In this document: one piece after another, positions 35,106 through 36,446 of the stretch | Layout: the number at the start of each line of letters is the position of its first letter | How positions within the stretch are numbered: the first letter of the stretch is position 1 | Origin: a virus | Taxonomy: Duplodnaviria; Caudoviricetes | Length of the DNA: 36,446 bases | Reading direction: 5' to 3' (one strand) | IMG/VR virus record: IMGVR_UViG_3300024309_000094 | Location: 1-36,446 of that record | Notes under the pieces: model-generated | Told to the model about the DNA's origin: nothing | Seen by the model: only the letters and a program-made list of their open reading frames with translations | The model's database searches: none | Made by a program: the position numbers and the translations under genes

Positions 35106-36446
35106 CTATAGACCGGGCCGACCAGGCCCGGTCGCTGCCCATCGGATCGGCTGACCGATATGCACTGCCGGCGGCCACATATCGGCCAGCAATATGTCGG
35201 CCCACTCACAGGCCAATTCACGACGGCGAGCCATACAGGCCGCGCGGTTATAGGCGCCTTCGACCTTGTTGGTCGGCACATGTGCCAGCATCAGGTCGAT
35301 GATGGCGCGATCTGGCGCCACGCCCTCGTTGCCAGCAGTCTTCCATTGCCGCTCGACCCGCTCATTCATGATCGTCGAGAACGCGGATCGAAAACCATGC
35401 GGCACATGACGCTGATGATAGCCCGCGCGAATCAGTAGTGCGCGCAAGGTATTCTCGCTCATGGGCTTGTGCAGATGCCGATCGGTCGGGAATATCAGCT
35501 GCAGTTCGCCGGTCAGTGGCACCATCGCATTCAGCACGGCGACGGCTTGGGGCGCCAGCGGCACCAGATGATCGCCATCTATCTCCGTTTTGCGATCGGC
35601 ATCTCCCTTCATGCGGTGCGCCGGTATGCGCCACAACGGCGCCTCGCCATCTAGATCCTCAAATTCAGCCCAGCGGGCGCCATGCAATTCATTAGGCCGC
35701 ACGGCGGTCAGCGCCAGCAGCCGCAGCGCCAGTTTGGTCTGGGCGCGGCACCGCTCCCCTTCCGCATCAATCAGCATTTGGCGCAGCCCTGACAAACTGG
35801 TGATAGCTGGCTGCGGCTTTGCCTTCGGCTTTTTGGGAAGCGCGATCGATAGCCCGGCTGCGGGATCGCGGGCGGCCCGGCCCATGGCGATACCATAGAC
35901 GAATATGGCACTGATCCGCTGCCGCGTCCGGTGCGCCGTCTCCACGGCGCCGCGATCGGCGATCCGGCGCAGCAGGCCGAACACCGCCGGGGCCTCTATA
36001 TCCTCGATCGGCAAGTGCCCAATTACGGGAAAGACTTCATTTTCCAGATTGTCCAGGACGTCGGCCGTGTGGACCTTTGACCATCGGCCCTTCTGCAGGG
36101 CATGCCATTCGCGCCCAGTCTCTTCGAAGGACGGCCGCGTGTCGGCCACCGGTGTGGCGCGCTCGAACAGATCGTCGGGTCGTGGCTCGCGTCCCTTTGC
36201 CAGAAGCGTCTTCGCAGTGTCACGCGCCTCGCGTGCATCCTTGAGCGAGAGGGCAGGATAGCTGCCGATCGTCAGCGTTTTCTGGATTGGCTTGCCAGCA
36301 TCATTGCGGCCGAACTGGTAATTCATGCGCCAGCTGCGGCCGCCGGCAGTCGATACGTGCAGATACAGCTGGCTGCCATCGCTCAGCTTATAGGCTTTGT
36401 CGGCTGCCTTCGCGTTGCGAACCTTGGCGTCGGTCAGCGCCCCCAT
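35106..36446 (-). CDS. int: P4-type tyrosine integrase
   Basis: Arm-binding domain (LTDAKVRNAK..YKLSDG..LTIGSYPALSLKDAR) and catalytic R (VRPNE), HGFR, LAH and AYN. Confidence 0.95.
   Translation of the reverse strand: MGALTDAKVRNAKAADKAYKLSDGSQLYLHVSTAGGRSWRMNYQFGRNDAGKPIQKTLTIGSYPALSLKDAREARDTAKTLLAKGREPRPDDLFERATPVADTRPSFEETGREWHALQKGRWSKVHTADVLDNLENEVFPVIGHLPIEDIEAPAVFGLLRRIADRGAVETAHRTRQRISAIFVYGIAMGRAARDPAAGLSIALPKKPKAKPQPAITSLSGLRQMLIDAEGERCRAQTKLALRLLALTAVRPNELHGARWAEFEDLDGEAPLWRIPAHRMKGDADRKTEIDGDHLVPLAPQAVAVLNAMVPLTGELQLIFPTDRHLHKPMSENTLRALLIRAGYHQRHVPHGFRSAFSTIMNERVERQWKTAGNEGVAPDRAIIDLMLAHVPTNKVEGAYNRAACMARRRELACEWADILLADMWPPAVHIGQPIRWAATGPGRPGL

Larger units (their letters stand above)
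1..36446. mobile_element. P2-like temperate prophage, apparently complete coding content; att sites outside the window
   Basis: Full P2-type head (Q,P,O,N,M,L), tail (X,R,S,J,I,H,V,W,FI,FII,E/E',T,U,D), lysis, Ogr, repressor, replication and tyrosine integrase genes, with no obvious disruptions. Confidence 0.96.

Overview
The whole window reads as one apparently intact P2-like (Peduoviridae-type, contractile-tailed) temperate prophage. The host is a high-GC alphaproteobacterium, probably a sphingomonad (inferred from MucR, GapR and sequence style). Gene order: FkbM methyltransferase cargo; portal and terminase (minus strand); scaffold, capsid, small terminase, head completion; holin, endolysin, spanins; tail completion R and S; a MucR-like cargo gene; baseplate J and I; an expanded receptor-binding region with a short H-like fibre, its chaperone and two 'large protein + lectin-like protein' pairs, one an SGNH esterase; two orphan cargo genes; V, W, sheath, tube, E/E', tape measure, U, D; a GT8 glycosyltransferase with a coupled 61-aa ORF; a lambdoid cI/cro switch; CII-like, Ogr and Toprim primase-helicase genes; small early genes including GapR and AlpA; and a P4-type integrase. 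att and cos sites are not visible. The strongest observations are: a WYL-like domain inserted in gpS; a 27-bp perfect palindrome at all three late-operon heads, 57-59 bp from apparently leaderless starts; two docking-like repeats on gpI matching two auxiliary tail modules; glycan-modifying cargo alongside a glycan esterase; a degenerate MucR; ssrA-tag-like ANDN motifs; and a five-stem RNA hairpin between M and L. All family calls come from motif recognition by eye, not database searches.
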